6,654 bases of DNA, taken from a virus. Its lineage: Duplodnaviria; Heunggongvirae; Uroviricota; Caudoviricetes. The stretch is taken from IMG/VR virus record IMGVR_UViG_3300011952_000025; one strand, 5' to 3'. Below, piece by piece: positions 5,010-6,654 of this stretch; position 1 is the first letter of the stretch; the number at the start of each line of letters is the position of its first letter. The notes beneath the pieces were generated by a model. It saw only the letters and a list, made by a program, of their open reading frames with translations, did not search any database and was not told the origin of the DNA. A program made the position numbers and the translations under genes.

Positions 5010-6654
5010 ATGGGTTTTTCATCAGCCCGAAATTTGGGAAGGGACATATCGGCAGGATTTTCCCCACCACGTCGCATGCCGATTTCGGAGGCTGTTAAAA
5101 AATTCATGCGTGTTCCCAAGGGGGCTGGTAACTCGGTGCCATGGGATCCTGAACTGACACCCTACATCATNNNNNNNNNNATTGAGCCCATGAACTGCCT
5201 GGCATCGCGTGAATACGATGCGGTGATTTTTGTTGGTCCTGCGCGAACAGGGAAGACCATTGGTCTGATCGATGGATGGATTGTCTATACCATCGTTTGC
5301 GATCCTTCGGACATGCTCGTTGTGCAGATGACCGAAGATAAGGCCCGCGAGCATTCTAAAAAGCGCCTCGACAGAACGTTCAGAAGCAGTGCGGCGGTAA
5401 AGAAAAGAATGAGTCCACGTCGTAACGACAATAATGTCCATGATAAGACGTTCAGGGATGGCTCGTTCCTTAAAATTGGTTGGCCCTCGGTCAACATTAT
5501 GTCGTCGTCGGATTACCGGTTTGTCGCCTTAACCGATTACGACCGTTTTCCGGAGAATATCGACAGCGAGGGTGATGGTTTCTCCCTGGCCTCAAAACGT
5601 ACCACCACATTTATGTCCGCCGGGATGACTCTGGTGGAGAGCTCGCCGGGACGTGACATCTGCGACAGCAAATGGCGACGTAAGTCGCCTCATGAAGCGC
5701 CACCGACGACTGGTATTCTTTCCCTTTACAATCGTGGTGACCGCCGCCGCTGGTACTGGCCATGTCCGCACTGCGGTGAATATTTTCAGCCAGCTATGGA
5801 TGCCATGACCGGCTACCGTAATGAACCGGATCCCTTTAAAGCCAGTGAGGCGGCGTATCTACTTTGCCCGCACTGCAGCGGCATTATCACTGCGGAGAAA
5901 AAGCGTGAGCTCAATAGTGCAGGAGTCTGGTTGCGTGAAGGTCAGGTCATTGATCGTAACGGCAACGTTTCCGGTGAACCGCGCCGCTCCCGTATCGCCA
6001 GTTTCTGGATGGAAGGGCCAGCTGCTGCGTATCAGACCTGGGCGCAACTGGTTTACAAATTACTGACTGCAGAACAGGAGTATGAAGCGACAGGAAGCGA
6101 AGAAACACTCAGGGCGGTTATCAACACCGACTGGGGATTGCCTTATCTTCCTCGTGCCAGCATGGAGCAACGAAAAAGTGAACTGCTTGAGCAGCGGGCA
6201 GAGCCAGTTCCTTCCTGCAGTGTGCCGGATGGCGTTAATTTCCTTGTGGCGACAGTGGATGTGCAGGCGGGACGTCATCGCCGTTTTGTGGTTCAGGTAA
6301 CTGGCTATGGCAGTCGTGGCGAACGCTGGATTATTGATCGTTACAATATCACGCAGTCATTGCGCAGTGACTGCGACGGGGAGAGCCAGCGAATTGATCC
6401 GGCCAGCTATCCGGAAGACTGGGATGTCCTGCTGACGGATGTTTTTCATAAAAGCTGGCCGCTGGCCTCCGATCCTTCTCAACAAATGCGACTGATGGCA
6501 ATGGCGGTGGACTCCGGCGGTGAAGACGGGGTCACTGATAATGCCTATAAATTCTGGCGTCGTTGCCGTCGTGATGGCCTTGGTAAACGTATTTACCTGT
6601 TTAAGGGCGACAGCATCCGGCGCGCAAAACTGATCACCCGTACATTCCCTGATA
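5010..6654 (+). CDS. Terminase large subunit, GpA family (ATPase/nuclease), 3' end beyond window; interrupted by N-run 5171-5180
   Basis: aggagg (5000-5005) then ATG 5010. Frame 3 is open to the window end. Walker A-like VGPARTGKT; paired CxxC zinc-ribbon motifs WYWPCPHCGE and LLCPHCSG, as in lambda gpA; continuous GpA-like translation to base 6654. Confidence 0.9.
   Translation, partial: MGFSSARNLGRDISAGFSPPRRMPISEAVKKFMRVPKGAGNSVPWDPELTPYIXXXXIEPMNCLASREYDAVIFVGPARTGKTIGLIDGWIVYTIVCDPSDMLVVQMTEDKAREHSKKRLDRTFRSSAAVKKRMSPRRNDNNVHDKTFRDGSFLKIGWPSVNIMSSSDYRFVALTDYDRFPENIDSEGDGFSLASKRTTTFMSAGMTLVESSPGRDICDSKWRRKSPHEAPPTTGILSLYNRGDRRRWYWPCPHCGEYFQPAMDAMTGYRNEPDPFKASEAAYLLCPHCSGIITAEKKRELNSAGVWLREGQVIDRNGNVSGEPRRSRIASFWMEGPAAAYQTWAQLVYKLLTAEQEYEATGSEETLRAVINTDWGLPYLPRASMEQRKSELLEQRAEPVPSCSVPDGVNFLVATVDVQAGRHRRFVVQVTGYGSRGERWIIDRYNITQSLRSDCDGESQRIDPASYPEDWDVLLTDVFHKSWPLASDPSQQMRLMAMAVDSGGEDGVTDNAYKFWRRCRRDGLGKRIYLFKGDSIRRAKLITRTFPD
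5171..5180. other. N-run (10 nt) inside the terminase large-subunit gene
   Basis: Literal n characters; the frame happens to be the same on both sides. Confidence 0.99.

Noticed and set aside
4477-5497. Minus-strand ORFs 4477-4686, 4796-5119, 5022-5441 and 5285-5497
   Set aside because: All lie antisense within the terminase small and large subunit genes, which have strong + strand support (helix-turn-helix, Walker A, zinc ribbon).
5821-6300. Plus-strand ORFs 5821-6066 and 6082-6300, and minus-strand ORFs 5859-6047 and 6060-6278
   Set aside because: Out of frame with or antisense to the continuous terminase large-subunit frame; Arg/Ala-rich shadow translations.
1-6654. CRISPR array, integrase/att site or insertion sequence
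   Set aside because: No regularly spaced direct repeats, no recombinase-like ORF and no terminal inverted repeats were seen; the window is internal to the prophage late region.

Overview
This 6.65-kb window reads as the late-gene region of a lambdoid (phage-21/Qin-like) prophage from an enterobacterium, probably Escherichia or Shigella. All identifications are by eye and from memory of the lambda and phage 21 paradigms; no database search was run. On the + strand it runs from an AT-rich AraC-family regulator (1-697) with its own terminator, through a lysis cassette: dual-start pinholin (889-1104), a small conserved prophage protein (1109-1453), a SAR-type lysozyme endolysin (1797-2330) and Rz/Rz1 spanins (2629-3383). 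It continues with an AT-rich minus-strand cargo ORF (about 3701-4121), a lambda-like cos site (about 4253-4294), and the terminase small (4474-5001) and large (5010-6654, cut by the window end) subunits. Four N-runs (256-289, 2998-3007, 3846-3855, 5171-5180) break three genes; the one at 2998-3007 separates two diverged, overlapping copies of the Rz/Rz1 region, so the join there may be a scaffold artefact. The best candidates for something undescribed are (i) the AT-rich cargo ORF between the spanins and cos, (ii) a 90-codon ORF antisense to the lysis operon between the holin-adjacent gene and the endolysin, and (iii) a roughly 45-codon membrane-protein ORF translationally coupled to Rz inside a ~300-bp insert between endolysin and Rz. 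None of the three could be assigned to a known family from sequence alone.
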